The notes: generated from the sequence alone by a model not told the origin. Positions 8,962 through 18,029 are shown, counted from the first letter of the stretch. The stretch: 64,000 bases of DNA from Bacilli bacterium (GCA_017937305.1 JAGBDV010000013.1:4983-68982), one strand, 5' to 3'. A program made the numbers and translations.

Positions 8962-10005
8962 TTAGATTTGTTTGCCACATTCAGGACAGAATTTTGCATT
9001 ATCTGGAACTTGGTGACCACAATTAATACAGAAGTTTTTTTGTGCAACAGGTTTTCCACAACCAGGACAGAATTTTGCATTATCTGGAAGTTGTGTATTA
9101 CAAGAAGGACAGACTTTACCTGTTGGTGCAGCTGTTTGAAGAATTTGATTATTATTAAGGTTATTTACCATGCTTTGACCTATAGCAGCACCTGCAGCAA
9201 TACCAACTCCTGCAGCAGCAAGACCCCCACCTTCATTTTGTGCAGCATCTCTTATTGCATCAGCAGTTTGAAGTCTAGTATAATCATCAATAGCTCCTTG
9301 CATAGCTCCTGTTGAAGCGCGTTTATCAATTGCTTCTTCTACCACTTCTGGAAGAACAACTGATTCTACATAAAATGCACAAGCAGTTAAACCAATCTTA
9401 TCAAAGTCATCTTGAATTTCATCTTTCACTAAATCTCCAATTTCAATATATTTTGCAGGAATATCTAATGCAGAAATCTTAGCTTCACCAATAACATTAG
9501 TAAAATTGCTTACAATAATACTCTTAAAATATTCAACTAAATCAGCAGTACTGTATCGTTTAATAGTACCAAATACTTCACGCATGAATAAAGCGGCGTC
9601 AGAAACTTGGAATGAATATGTACCACGGGCACCAATTCTTACAAGTCCAAAGTAATCATCACGCATTGGAATTTTAGATGAAGTTCCCCATTTCATATTA
9701 ATAAATTGCTTAGTATTTACAAAATAAACGTCTGCTTTAAATGGAGAATCAAATCCATACTTCCAGCTTGCAAGTTTTGTCAAAATAGGCATATTATTTG
9801 TTGTAAGTTTATGATCACCAGGACCATAAACATCAGCAATTTGTCCTGTAGAAACAAGTAATGCAACTTGACTTTCTTGAACGATTAATTGACATCCATT
9901 CATAATTTCATCACGGTCTTCCATTGGATAGCGATAAACTATCGTATCCTTTGTTGGATCATCCCATTTAATAACTTTTAATAATTGTCTTCTAATAAAT
10001 CCCAT
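8962..10005 (-). CDS. SPFH/band-7 domain protein with tandem C-terminal zinc ribbons (YdjI / COG4260-like)
   Basis: 347 aa. N-terminus MGFIRRQLLKVIKWDDP, SPFH-like core, Gly/Ala-rich linker, then two ribbons CPSCNTQLPDNAKFCPGCG and CINCGHQVPDNAKFCPECG. Confidence 0.75.
   Translation of the reverse strand: MGFIRRQLLKVIKWDDPTKDTIVYRYPMEDRDEIMNGCQLIVQESQVALLVSTGQIADVYGPGDHKLTTNNMPILTKLASWKYGFDSPFKADVYFVNTKQFINMKWGTSSKIPMRDDYFGLVRIGARGTYSFQVSDAALFMREVFGTIKRYSTADLVEYFKSIIVSNFTNVIGEAKISALDIPAKYIEIGDLVKDEIQDDFDKIGLTACAFYVESVVLPEVVEEAIDKRASTGAMQGAIDDYTRLQTADAIRDAAQNEGGGLAAAGVGIAAGAAIGQSMVNNLNNNQILQTAAPTGKVCPSCNTQLPDNAKFCPGCGKPVAQKNFCINCGHQVPDNAKFCPECGKQI
8982..9089 (-). repeat. 27-bp exact direct repeat (8982..9008 and 9063..9089), 81 nt apart, in frame inside the SPFH gene
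   Basis: caggacagaattttgcattatctggaa occurs twice. It encodes the duplicated PDNAKFCP zinc-ribbon half. Confidence 0.9.
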
Positions 10006-10021
10006 TTTTAAATTTCCTTTC

Positions 10022-11521
10022 TTATTTATACATTAATGTAGCATTTACAGCTTTTTTCCAACCACTAATTAATTTATTTCTTGTTTCATTATCCATTGAA
10101 GAAGTAAACATTGAATCAATCAAATGTAGACCAATTACTTCTTCTTTAGATTCAAATAATCCTACTTTTAAGCCACAAATATATGTAGCTCCTAATGCAG
10201 TTGTTTCTTTACAAATAGGTCTTTTTAAAGTAACATTTAATAAATCAGCTTGAAACTGCATTAAGCAACTATTAACACATGCTCCTCCATCTACACCCAT
10301 AGTATTAATCTTTACATTAGATGAAGCTTCCATTGCATCTAAAACATCTTTAGTTTGATAAGCAATAGATTCAATCGTAGCAGCAATAATATTATCTTTT
10401 GTTGTAGTTCTAGTCATTCCAAATATTGATCCACGAGCATCTGAATCCCAGTATGGGGTACCTAAACCAACAAAAGCAGGTACCATATAAACACCACCAC
10501 TTGGATTTTTTCCTTTTAATGATTTTTCACAATCTTTAGACTGTTCGAAAAATTCCATTTTATCACGTAACCACTGTACACCAGCACCAGCAATAAATAC
10601 TGAACCTTCTAATGCATACTCTAATTTTCCATCTAAGCCCCACGCAATGGTAGATAATAAGCCATATCCAGGATTCTTAATAGGCTTTTTAGTATTCATA
10701 AGCATAAAACATCCAGTACCATAAGTATTTTTTGCATCACCTTGTTCAAAGCAACATTGTCCAAATAAAGAAGCTTGCTGATCTCCAATCATTGATGCAA
10801 TAGGCACATCTTTAAAATCTTCATCAATTTCACACAATGATTCTGCATAGCCAAATATGCTATTAGAGTCTACAACATTTGGTAATAAAGATCTTGGAAT
10901 ATCTAAAATATTTAATAATTCACTATCCCAACACAAATTATAAATATTATAAATCATTGTTCTAGATGCGTTAGTATAATCTGTAGCATGAACTTTTCCA
11001 TTAGTTAATTTCCATAATAAATAGCAATCAATAGTTCCAAATCTTAACTTTCCATCTAAAGCTTTTTGATAAGCTCCGTCAACATTCTTAAGTAGCCATG
11101 CTATTTTACTTCCAGAAAAATATGAATTAATAACTAAACCAGTCTTTGATAAGATTAGTTGTTCATATCCACCTTCTATTAGCTCATCACAAATACTTTG
11201 ACTTTGTCTGCTTTGCCATACAACGGCATTATAAATTGGTTTGCCTGAATCTTTATCCCATAAAATAGTCGTTTCTCTTTGATTTGTAATCGCTATCCCT
11301 GCAATCTCTTTTGCAGTAACTTTTGATTGTTTCATCACATTTTCTATTGTTTGATACGTTTTCATCCAAATTTCTAATGGATTATGTTCAACCCAGCCAT
11401 CATTTGGACATATTTGCTCAATTTCCATTTGGCTAATGGAAACAATATTAGCCTTCTTATCAAACAAAATACTTCTTGTACTGGTAGTTCCTTGATCGAT
11501 TGTTAAAATATATTTTTTCAT
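10022..11521 (-). CDS. glpK: glycerol kinase
   Basis: MKKYILTIDQGTTSTRSILFD..., full-length FGGY kinase. Start set to the ATG at 11521 (SD AAGGAA 7 nt upstream). The track start at 11527 abuts the SD. Confidence 0.95.
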   Translation of the reverse strand: MKKYILTIDQGTTSTRSILFDKKANIVSISQMEIEQICPNDGWVEHNPLEIWMKTYQTIENVMKQSKVTAKEIAGIAITNQRETTILWDKDSGKPIYNAVVWQSRQSQSICDELIEGGYEQLILSKTGLVINSYFSGSKIAWLLKNVDGAYQKALDGKLRFGTIDCYLLWKLTNGKVHATDYTNASRTMIYNIYNLCWDSELLNILDIPRSLLPNVVDSNSIFGYAESLCEIDEDFKDVPIASMIGDQQASLFGQCCFEQGDAKNTYGTGCFMLMNTKKPIKNPGYGLLSTIAWGLDGKLEYALEGSVFIAGAGVQWLRDKMEFFEQSKDCEKSLKGKNPSGGVYMVPAFVGLGTPYWDSDARGSIFGMTRTTTKDNIIAATIESIAYQTKDVLDAMEASSNVKINTMGVDGGACVNSCLMQFQADLLNVTLKRPICKETTALGATYICGLKVGLFESKEEVIGLHLIDSMFTSSMDNETRNKLISGWKKAVNATLMYK

Positions 11522-11579
11522 ATTCATTTCCTTAATATTATATAAATTACTTTTATAAATGTCAATAATTTATTTTAAA

Positions 11580-12098
11580 TTATTGATATTTTTTGTACAC
11601 TCCTATAATTTCTCCAAAATATTCATGATGGAATAAACCATCTTGATAAAGAGGCTTATTTAAAACCTCTTCAGATAAAATATTTTCTTTATTGATTGGA
11701 TTTTGATAAATCTTTTTACAAACAATTATTAAAGAAGCCTCTTTATATGCAATCCCACCATCTAATTCAAAAGGTATTAAATTGCATAACTGTTCTTTAT
11801 TTACATCTCTACCACTTTGGAAGCCAAAAACTTTATTAACTTTATCCTTTAATTCATCAAACCACATAATTGTAAAACAATCACAAGTATTTGCAAAATC
11901 AAAAGAATATCTTGTAGGTTTAACATATACAGTAGCAATTTCTTTACTCCATAAACAACCAAGAGTTCCCCATGCAACAGTTAAACCATTATGTTTATCC
12001 AGATTTCCAAATACAACTATCGGACAATCATTTTTAAATAACTTTATTGCATTACCTTCTATTTCATATGAATTAATCTTTTTAAACATAACCTTCAC
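11580..12098 (-). CDS. possible flavin reductase-like (split-barrel FMN-binding) protein
   Basis: 172 aa. The segment NGLTVAWGTLGCLWSKEIATVYVKPTRYSFDF resembles the Flavin_Reduct family. Weak, by eye only. Confidence 0.35.
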   Translation of the reverse strand: MKVMFKKINSYEIEGNAIKLFKNDCPIVVFGNLDKHNGLTVAWGTLGCLWSKEIATVYVKPTRYSFDFANTCDCFTIMWFDELKDKVNKVFGFQSGRDVNKEQLCNLIPFELDGGIAYKEASLIIVCKKIYQNPINKENILSEEVLNKPLYQDGLFHHEYFGEIIGVYKKYQ

Positions 12099-12174
12099 CT
12101 CTTTTATAGTTATTATATCATATTTTATACAAAAATTAAATAGATTAAAGAAAAAAATACCTTCAAAAAGGTAT

Positions 12175-12381
12175 TTATTTTTTTATCATTAAAGTAATAA
12201 ATAGATAATTTATTAAAATCCATACAAGAATTATACCAAATGAACATAAAAGACTATAAATAAAATCTAGCTGTAAGACATAATGATTAAGAATCATAAA
12301 AGTTATTAAACAAATAGCAGTTATAATTCCAGTTGTAATCATTAATATTTTTATTTTCTTTTCCTTATTCATTGTATTCAA
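12175..12381 (-). CDS. small two-TM membrane protein
   Basis: 68 aa with two hydrophobic helices. Overlaps the upstream ORF end by 17 nt on the same strand. Confidence 0.35.
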   Translation of the reverse strand: MNTMNKEKKIKILMITTGIITAICLITFMILNHYVLQLDFIYSLLCSFGIILVWILINYLFITLMIKK

Positions 12382-12916
12382 ACTCTAACACATGATTTTT
12401 TGCAAAAAATTCTTTAATAGGACTTAACAATTTACTTGCATATGGATCTTCTAAATCATCTACAACAGTAGTAATAATTTCTTCAAAACAATTATACAGC
12501 ATTCTGCTAAATGTTATTTTACTTTTAAGAATTGAACTTTCAATTTCATGATCAACTAAAATACTCATAGTAGCAACATCTGGTACTTGTTTCACATATT
12601 GAGAGCTTTCATTATAAACTGCTTCTTCTATTTCTTTAGATGGATAAGTATCTCTTATTACATTGTAGTTTTTAAAGAAATCTGAAAATTTAACTAAATT
12701 TTTAATATAATTTAATTCTCCCACTTCAAAACTTCTTTTATGTAAAACAGCTTTGACAATTATACATTGAATAAAAGCATCAAAACTAATTAATACACTA
12801 TTCTTATCCATTTTAAATGAAGGATTTTTTTCCATATTAGTAAAAACTATCAATAATTGTTCTGATAGTTGATCATATAATTGTTTAATAGTTGTATTAT
12901 TATTTAAATTAATCAT
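12365..12916 (-). CDS. hypothetical protein
   Basis: 183 aa ORF with an upstream SD (AGGAGAAAATTAGT ATG). No family recognised. Confidence 0.5.
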   Translation of the reverse strand: MINLNNNTTIKQLYDQLSEQLLIVFTNMEKNPSFKMDKNSVLISFDAFIQCIIVKAVLHKRSFEVGELNYIKNLVKFSDFFKNYNVIRDTYPSKEIEEAVYNESSQYVKQVPDVATMSILVDHEIESSILKSKITFSRMLYNCFEEIITTVVDDLEDPYASKLLSPIKEFFAKNHVLEFEYNE

Positions 12917-13004
12917 ACTAATTTTCTCCTTATTGTTATTTTATCATTTATTTTAATTTAAATCAAGAGTTTAAATTATTAAAGTGTATATTATTATAAA
13001 TAAT

Positions 13005-13034
13005 TTGTACTAATTAAAAAAATTATGTTATAAT
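13005..13034 (+). promoter_or_regulatory. putative sigma-A promoter TTGTAC-18-TGtTATAAT
   Basis: -35 at 13005..13010 and extended -10 TGtTATAAT at 13026..13034, about 30 nt upstream of the 13064 ATG and its AAGGAG SD. Confidence 0.45.
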
Positions 13035-13063
13035 ATAATCAAATAAATAAAAGGAGAAAAATA

Positions 13064-14848
13064 ATGAAAAAATATTTAATTATCTTAATAACTATTCTAG
13101 TATTAATTACTACAAGTTGCCAAGCAAAAAACAAAACAAACATTTACATTGGCGAAGATGGTTACTGGTATATTGATAATGAAAAAACAGGTTCCTACAG
13201 CATGGGTTCTGATGGTAAAAGTGCTTATGAATTAGCTTGTGAACAAGGATATAAAGGTACTTTAGAAGAATGGATTGCTTCAATCACTGATAAAAAAGGA
13301 AATCTAAGCGTCATTGATAGAGAAACTAATAAACAACTTGATAGTCACATTGAAACTATTAATGGTCAAATCTTTTTGGTAATTGAATATCTTGAAGAAG
13401 TAACTCACCGAGAGGGTGTTTTAGCGGAAATAGTTTATGAAGGCTATTCATACTATGAAATTTTTGAAGAAAATAATTACGCTCCACTTAATATGGAAGA
13501 TTTAGATACAGAAACAGATTCTTATACAAATTATTCAGGTCAAACAAAACTTCAAACAAAAGTTAACTTTACTCCTAAAAATGCATTATATGTAGAAGGA
13601 AAAACTTCACAACAATTAATGTCTGGTCTTACTTATAGTGGGAATTGCTACATTGCTGCAAAAGTTAATTGTACTAGATATGAACAAGGATACTTAGGTA
13701 TCGTATTTGGAACTGATAAAGAAAAATATCAAAACACAACAGTTCAACATACTACAGATGGATTTGTTACTGTTAGTGATATTCAAACATTATCTGCAGA
13801 CAATATTTTTATCGGTAGTGCAATTTCTGCTAACTTAGATGGATATATTGATGATACAGTAGTAATTAATCTTGCAATGTTCAGCACAGTTCCATCTAAG
13901 GAGCAATTAGATAAAATGTATGAAAGATACCTTCAAATTTGGAAAGGTGAAGTAAAAGAAACTTCAACTACAGAAACTGTTGTAAAGAAAAAAACTTATT
14001 TATTAGGTGAATCTAGACAAGAATTTACTGATAAAGAAGCTAAAGAAGCATTTATGTCTTATATGAATAAAAAAGCTACTGATATTGGGATGCAAAATAC
14101 AACATTTGTTGATGCTGCAGGATTCTATAATCGTACTACTGCATATGATTTATTAAAACTTGCTGTTTACGCAACAGCTTATGATGATCTAGTAGATGCA
14201 TGGCATAAAAATACTTATACAATTACTGTAAATGGAAAATCTCCAAGAAATGTTTCAATGACTACAACAGTAGCAAGTGATTATTTAGAAGACTACTACT
14301 TCTTATTTGGTGGTAAAACAGGTACAGTAGATGGTCAATCTAATTTACTATGTATAGTAGAAGGTCCCGATGAAAGATTATTTGCTTGCGTAGTACTTGG
14401 AGCAAGTATCAATAGATTCCAAGCTGCAAAACAAGCATTAGATGCTGCAATGATTAAATATTATGACCGAGATGCAGATAATAGTAATTATACAGTAGAA
14501 GCAAAAAGTGCAGCAGTATGTATTGTTCCAAAACATAATACATTAGCATATGCTGATTATCCACTAACTATGTTATACGAAAAAGATATCTACACTAGTC
14601 GTACACCTGCATCTATTACAAAAGTAATGACATCTATTTGTATGTTAGATTTCGTTGCAGACATTAATGAATCAATGATAATTAAACAAAACGATTTAAC
14701 CGCAGGTTCAGGTTATTATTTCTATGATGGAGATATTATTACATATCGTGAATCACTTCATGCAATGATGCTACCTTCAAGTAATACTGCAGCTGAAGCC
14801 ACTGCAACAGCAGTAGGACATAAAATTTTAGATTATGCATCAAGATAA
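13064..14848 (+). CDS. exported lipoprotein with peptidase S11 (D-Ala-D-Ala carboxypeptidase)-type motifs in permuted order
   Basis: Signal peptide plus lipobox (LITTSC). S11 motifs occur in the order FMSYMNKKATDIGMQNTTFVDAAGF (aa 330), GGKTGT (K418), VVLGAS, PASITKVMT (S517/K520), LPSSNTAAE (S572/N574), then a stop at aa 594 followed by a terminator. Confidence 0.7.
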   Translation: MKKYLIILITILVLITTSCQAKNKTNIYIGEDGYWYIDNEKTGSYSMGSDGKSAYELACEQGYKGTLEEWIASITDKKGNLSVIDRETNKQLDSHIETINGQIFLVIEYLEEVTHREGVLAEIVYEGYSYYEIFEENNYAPLNMEDLDTETDSYTNYSGQTKLQTKVNFTPKNALYVEGKTSQQLMSGLTYSGNCYIAAKVNCTRYEQGYLGIVFGTDKEKYQNTTVQHTTDGFVTVSDIQTLSADNIFIGSAISANLDGYIDDTVVINLAMFSTVPSKEQLDKMYERYLQIWKGEVKETSTTETVVKKKTYLLGESRQEFTDKEAKEAFMSYMNKKATDIGMQNTTFVDAAGFYNRTTAYDLLKLAVYATAYDDLVDAWHKNTYTITVNGKSPRNVSMTTTVASDYLEDYYFLFGGKTGTVDGQSNLLCIVEGPDERLFACVVLGASINRFQAAKQALDAAMIKYYDRDADNSNYTVEAKSAAVCIVPKHNTLAYADYPLTMLYEKDIYTSRTPASITKVMTSICMLDFVADINESMIIKQNDLTAGSGYYFYDGDIITYRESLHAMMLPSSNTAAEATATAVGHKILDYASR

Positions 14849-14849
14849 A

Positions 14850-14880
14850 GAAAAAATAGGTTTTTAAACCTATTTTTTTA
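14850..14880. terminator. bidirectional rho-independent terminator between convergent genes
   Basis: aaaaaATAGGTttttaaACCTATttttttt: a hairpin flanked by an A-run and a T-run. Overlaps the stop of the minus-strand vWA gene. Confidence 0.5.
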
Positions 14881-16026
14881 ATTTATTGGTATCGGGTCAT
14901 AAGTTCTACCAGAATGATATCCATTAATAATTCTAACCAAACAATTATCTAAATATTCCACAACTAAATCACTAGAATTAGAACTATCAATATGTTCATC
15001 TCCAATATTAGAGTGATTTGTTATTGCAACATAAGTACCATTTGTAATCAAAGTCATTGCTCTAAATAAATACTCAGTCTTCTTGTTTACTCCACTTGAT
15101 GCAACAGTAATCATTTGGATTCCCATGCCACTTAACTTTAAAACAGCCTTATACCACTTATTAATATCTTCATCATGAGCTGGAGCGTCTGCTATATGGA
15201 TTAAAACCTTAGTACTATTTAAAGACCAATTTTTACTTGCAGCTTCTTCTATCGCAACATCAACACATTCTTCATAATCTCCACCACCATATGCAATTTT
15301 ATTTTCTAAGAACTTTACTTGTTCATTTACATCATTAGTAAAATCAGAATATAGTGTTTCGTATATTTCTTCTTTATCTTTATATAATAAAATAGAAATA
15401 TTAACATTACAATTATTGAAAGAAGTTACCCTTTCAATTACATCAGTAATTTCATTTTTTAAATAGCTAAGTTCATCACCCATTGATGCAGTAGTATCAA
15501 CTACAAACATTAAATCAATTTCTTCTTTTTCTATTTTATTAGTATTAATGTTAAGTTTTAATTCGTTAATTACATTAAATTTTTCTTCTTTAAATTCTTT
15601 AAGATAAGAATCATAATATTTAACTAATACATTATACGAATAAGAAGACCAATTAGGAAACAAATAACATATGCCATTAACATTAGGTATTGTTGTATAA
15701 ACAATTTCATCATTACCATTTAATAAAGAAACCTCAAAATTATTTCCAACAGGAGTGTATACTTTAATTCGATTATTAGTATATAAAGAATTAGTACTTT
15801 CATAAAAATTAAAATACCCCATATTACCATTAATCGCATTTAGCCAAGCATTATAATTAATATTATCATTATGTGCAACACATGTTAACTCTACTTCTTC
15901 TATAGTTTTTATATCACCAAGTAAAACTGGATCTGAAGAATAGCTATCATTTTTTTGTGGTGCACCACACGAACACATAGTTAAACTAAAGAAAACACAA
16001 AAAATAAAATAAATTATCTTTTTCAT
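14878..16026 (-). CDS. von Willebrand factor A (vWA) domain lipoprotein
   Basis: Signal peptide plus lipobox (SLTMCSC). MIDAS-like MFVVDTTASMGDEL, later IHIADAPAHD. The start overlaps the upstream stop (ATGA). Confidence 0.75.
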   Translation of the reverse strand: MKKIIYFIFCVFFSLTMCSCGAPQKNDSYSSDPVLLGDIKTIEEVELTCVAHNDNINYNAWLNAINGNMGYFNFYESTNSLYTNNRIKVYTPVGNNFEVSLLNGNDEIVYTTIPNVNGICYLFPNWSSYSYNVLVKYYDSYLKEFKEEKFNVINELKLNINTNKIEKEEIDLMFVVDTTASMGDELSYLKNEITDVIERVTSFNNCNVNISILLYKDKEEIYETLYSDFTNDVNEQVKFLENKIAYGGGDYEECVDVAIEEAASKNWSLNSTKVLIHIADAPAHDEDINKWYKAVLKLSGMGIQMITVASSGVNKKTEYLFRAMTLITNGTYVAITNHSNIGDEHIDSSNSSDLVVEYLDNCLVRIINGYHSGRTYDPIPIN

Positions 16027-16763
16027 AAACTATTACCTTCTCTTAAATCAATTACATTACTCACTTGGAAATCATACCCGTATCCTTTATTTTTATCGAT
16101 TTCATTAATATACACAATAAAGCCTAACTCAAAACGTTCTGTAGAAGATAAAATATTTTTTATTACATCCTTTTTGAAGCAGATATCTAAATAATGGATA
16201 TTAGTATAAGTGTTATCAAATGTTAATTCAAAAAATAATTCATCATCTACATTAACTTGTTTAATCGTCACTTCACCATTATTTATTTTTATATCTTCAA
16301 TATTTAAATTGTATGCTTTAATGTATATTTTTTGGTAATTGATTTTATTATTTATAATAATAGTCACAACATCATATTCTTTTGTATAAATGGAATAATA
16401 ATGTTCAATGAAAACAGTATTTTGAGTATTTGGAGATAAGTTTGGAGCGTATCCTTCAAAAGAACTATTAGGACCATCAGTATTAGGCTTTGATAGGTTA
16501 TCATTCATAATATTTTCAAAGATATTTCCATTAAAAATATCATTTGATACAATTGCTTGTCCTAAATTAATAGTACCAATTAATGTAACAACAAATAAAA
16601 TTATCGAAGTAAATGCAATAATAAAAGGTTTTTTGAAGAAGGGAATAATTTTTTTACTTTCTCTATTTACTGCTGTTTGATAAATTTTACTACTTAAATT
16701 AGGATTAACTTTTGGTATATCAGAACCAATTTGTTCTAACAAAACATCTATCTTGTTATCCAT
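16023..16763 (-). CDS. putative single-pass anti-sigma factor
   Basis: 246 aa. About 45-aa cytoplasmic N-terminus, one TM (FIIAFTSIILFVVTLIGTI) and an extracytoplasmic domain. 8-nt overlap with the sigma gene stop. Assignment is by context; no zinc-binding HxxxCxxC motif. Confidence 0.5.
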   Translation of the reverse strand: MDNKIDVLLEQIGSDIPKVNPNLSSKIYQTAVNRESKKIIPFFKKPFIIAFTSIILFVVTLIGTINLGQAIVSNDIFNGNIFENIMNDNLSKPNTDGPNSSFEGYAPNLSPNTQNTVFIEHYYSIYTKEYDVVTIIINNKINYQKIYIKAYNLNIEDIKINNGEVTIKQVNVDDELFFELTFDNTYTNIHYLDICFKKDVIKNILSSTERFELGFIVYINEIDKNKGYGYDFQVSNVIDLREGNSL

Positions 16764-17253
16764 TGTAAGCCTCCATTTTCTTTTTTAGAATATCTCTTGC
16801 ACGCTCTAATCTTTTTCTTACTGCAGCTTCAGAAATATCTAATAAATTACTTATCTCTACTGTTTTCATATTTTCGAAATAGAACAAAATTAAAACAACT
16901 TTGTACTTTTCAGGTAATTGTTCGATAAAGAATCTAATATTATCTTTATCAATGTTTTCTTTAGTTTTATCAGAAGTGGAACGAACTATATCTTCATCTA
17001 AGACAATTTTTTTCTTATGACTAGACTTAACAAAATTTATACTTTCATTAATCGTTACCCGAATTAACCAGTATTTTTCATCATTGTTAGTCCTAAAACT
17101 ATATTCATATTGTAGTAATTTAATAAAAACATTTTGAACAATATCTTCTGCATCCTGGACATTTCTAGTGTAACCATAAGCTACATTGAATAGATCCTGA
17201 GAATACATTTGATATTTTAATTCAAATTGCTCCTCTGTCATTCTTATTGCCAT
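16756..17253 (-). CDS. ECF-type RNA polymerase sigma-70 family factor
   Basis: Region 2 (DAEDIVQNVFIKLL...YWLIRVTINE) and region 4 HTH (MKTVEISNLLDISEAAVRKRLERAR). Start set to the ATG at 17253 (MAIRMTEEQ), with SD AAGGAAG 7 nt upstream. The track start at 17307 is probably too long. Confidence 0.85.
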   Translation of the reverse strand: MAIRMTEEQFELKYQMYSQDLFNVAYGYTRNVQDAEDIVQNVFIKLLQYEYSFRTNNDEKYWLIRVTINESINFVKSSHKKKIVLDEDIVRSTSDKTKENIDKDNIRFFIEQLPEKYKVVLILFYFENMKTVEISNLLDISEAAVRKRLERARDILKKKMEAYNG

Positions 17254-17376
17254 AATAGTTCTTCCTTCTTCACATATAAAACAAACTAAAGAGTTGATTT
17301 GTGACATTATTTTATTAATAATTTAACAAATTTTTAAATATTTATCAACTATTTTATACAAACATCTTCATTTTTA

Positions 17377-17385
17377 TGATATAAT
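17377..17385 (+). promoter_or_regulatory. putative extended -10 (TGaTATAAT) for udk
   Basis: tttttaTGaTATAATag lies about 27 nt upstream of the udk ATG. The -35 is weak (TACAAA). Confidence 0.35.
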
Positions 17386-17411
17386 AGTTACAGATTTATA
17401 TGGAGGGCTTT

Positions 17412-18029
17412 ATGAAACCAACAATTATTGGAATCGCTGGTGGAACTGCATCAGGTAAAACAACTATAGCAAAACAATTATATGAAGAAGCAAGAAATAT
17501 TGGAAGTGTTGTATTAATTAGAATTGACGATTATTACTTTGGAAAAGTAAATGTTCCAATGGCAGAAAATGGCATACCAAACTTTGACCATCCTGATGCT
17601 TATGATGTTGATTTAATTGTTCAAAATCTTGAAGACTTAATCAACAATAAAGCTATTGAAAAACCAACATATGACTTTGTTGAATCAAAACGTACAGATG
17701 TTTACGAACATATTGAACCTGCACAAGTAATTATTGTTGAAGGTATTATGACTTTTGCAATTGAAAAGTTAAGAAAATACTTTGACATTAAAATATTTGT
17801 TGACACTCCTTCTGATATTAGATTAATTAGAAGATTAAAAAGAGATATGATTGACCGTAAACGTTCTTTAGAATCAATCATTAATCAATACCTTGCAGCA
17901 GTACGACCAATGCATGAAGCTTTCGTTGAGCCTTCAAAAAAACATGCTGATATTATAGTTCCAGACGGTGGACATAATAAAGTTGCAATGGACTTTTTAA
18001 TTACAAAAATCAAACAATTAATAAAATAA
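17412..18029 (+). CDS. udk: uridine kinase
   Basis: P-loop IIGIAGGTASGKTT and the udk-typical C-terminus. The ATG at 17412 follows SD GGAGGG. The track start at 17400 overlaps the SD. Confidence 0.9.
   Translation: MKPTIIGIAGGTASGKTTIAKQLYEEARNIGSVVLIRIDDYYFGKVNVPMAENGIPNFDHPDAYDVDLIVQNLEDLINNKAIEKPTYDFVESKRTDVYEHIEPAQVIIVEGIMTFAIEKLRKYFDIKIFVDTPSDIRLIRRLKRDMIDRKRSLESIINQYLAAVRPMHEAFVEPSKKHADIIVPDGGHNKVAMDFLITKIKQLIK

Noticed and set aside
8982-9089. The 27-bp perfect direct repeat, considered as a possible CRISPR-like or IS-end repeat.
   Set aside because: There are only two copies, both in frame inside a CDS, and they encode the duplicated PDNAKFCP zinc-ribbon segment. It is a coding-domain duplication, not a repeat array.
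8968-9315. 115-aa plus-strand ORF overlapping the 3' end of the SPFH gene.
   Set aside because: It is an antisense shadow of the Gly/Ala-rich linker and zinc-ribbon coding region. The SPFH frame has strong family features and this one has none.
17254-17307. N-terminal extensions in the ORF track, for example the sigma factor MSQINSLVCFICEEGRTI. The same applies to the starts at 8980, 11527, 17400, 18104, 20164, 27020, 27713, 30351, 51767, 52629, 52680, 59042 and 61515.
   Set aside because: In each case the upstream start codon lies inside or immediately next to the SD or the -10 element, and a downstream ATG has proper SD spacing. I treat these as ORF-caller artefacts rather than as real leader peptides or fusions.
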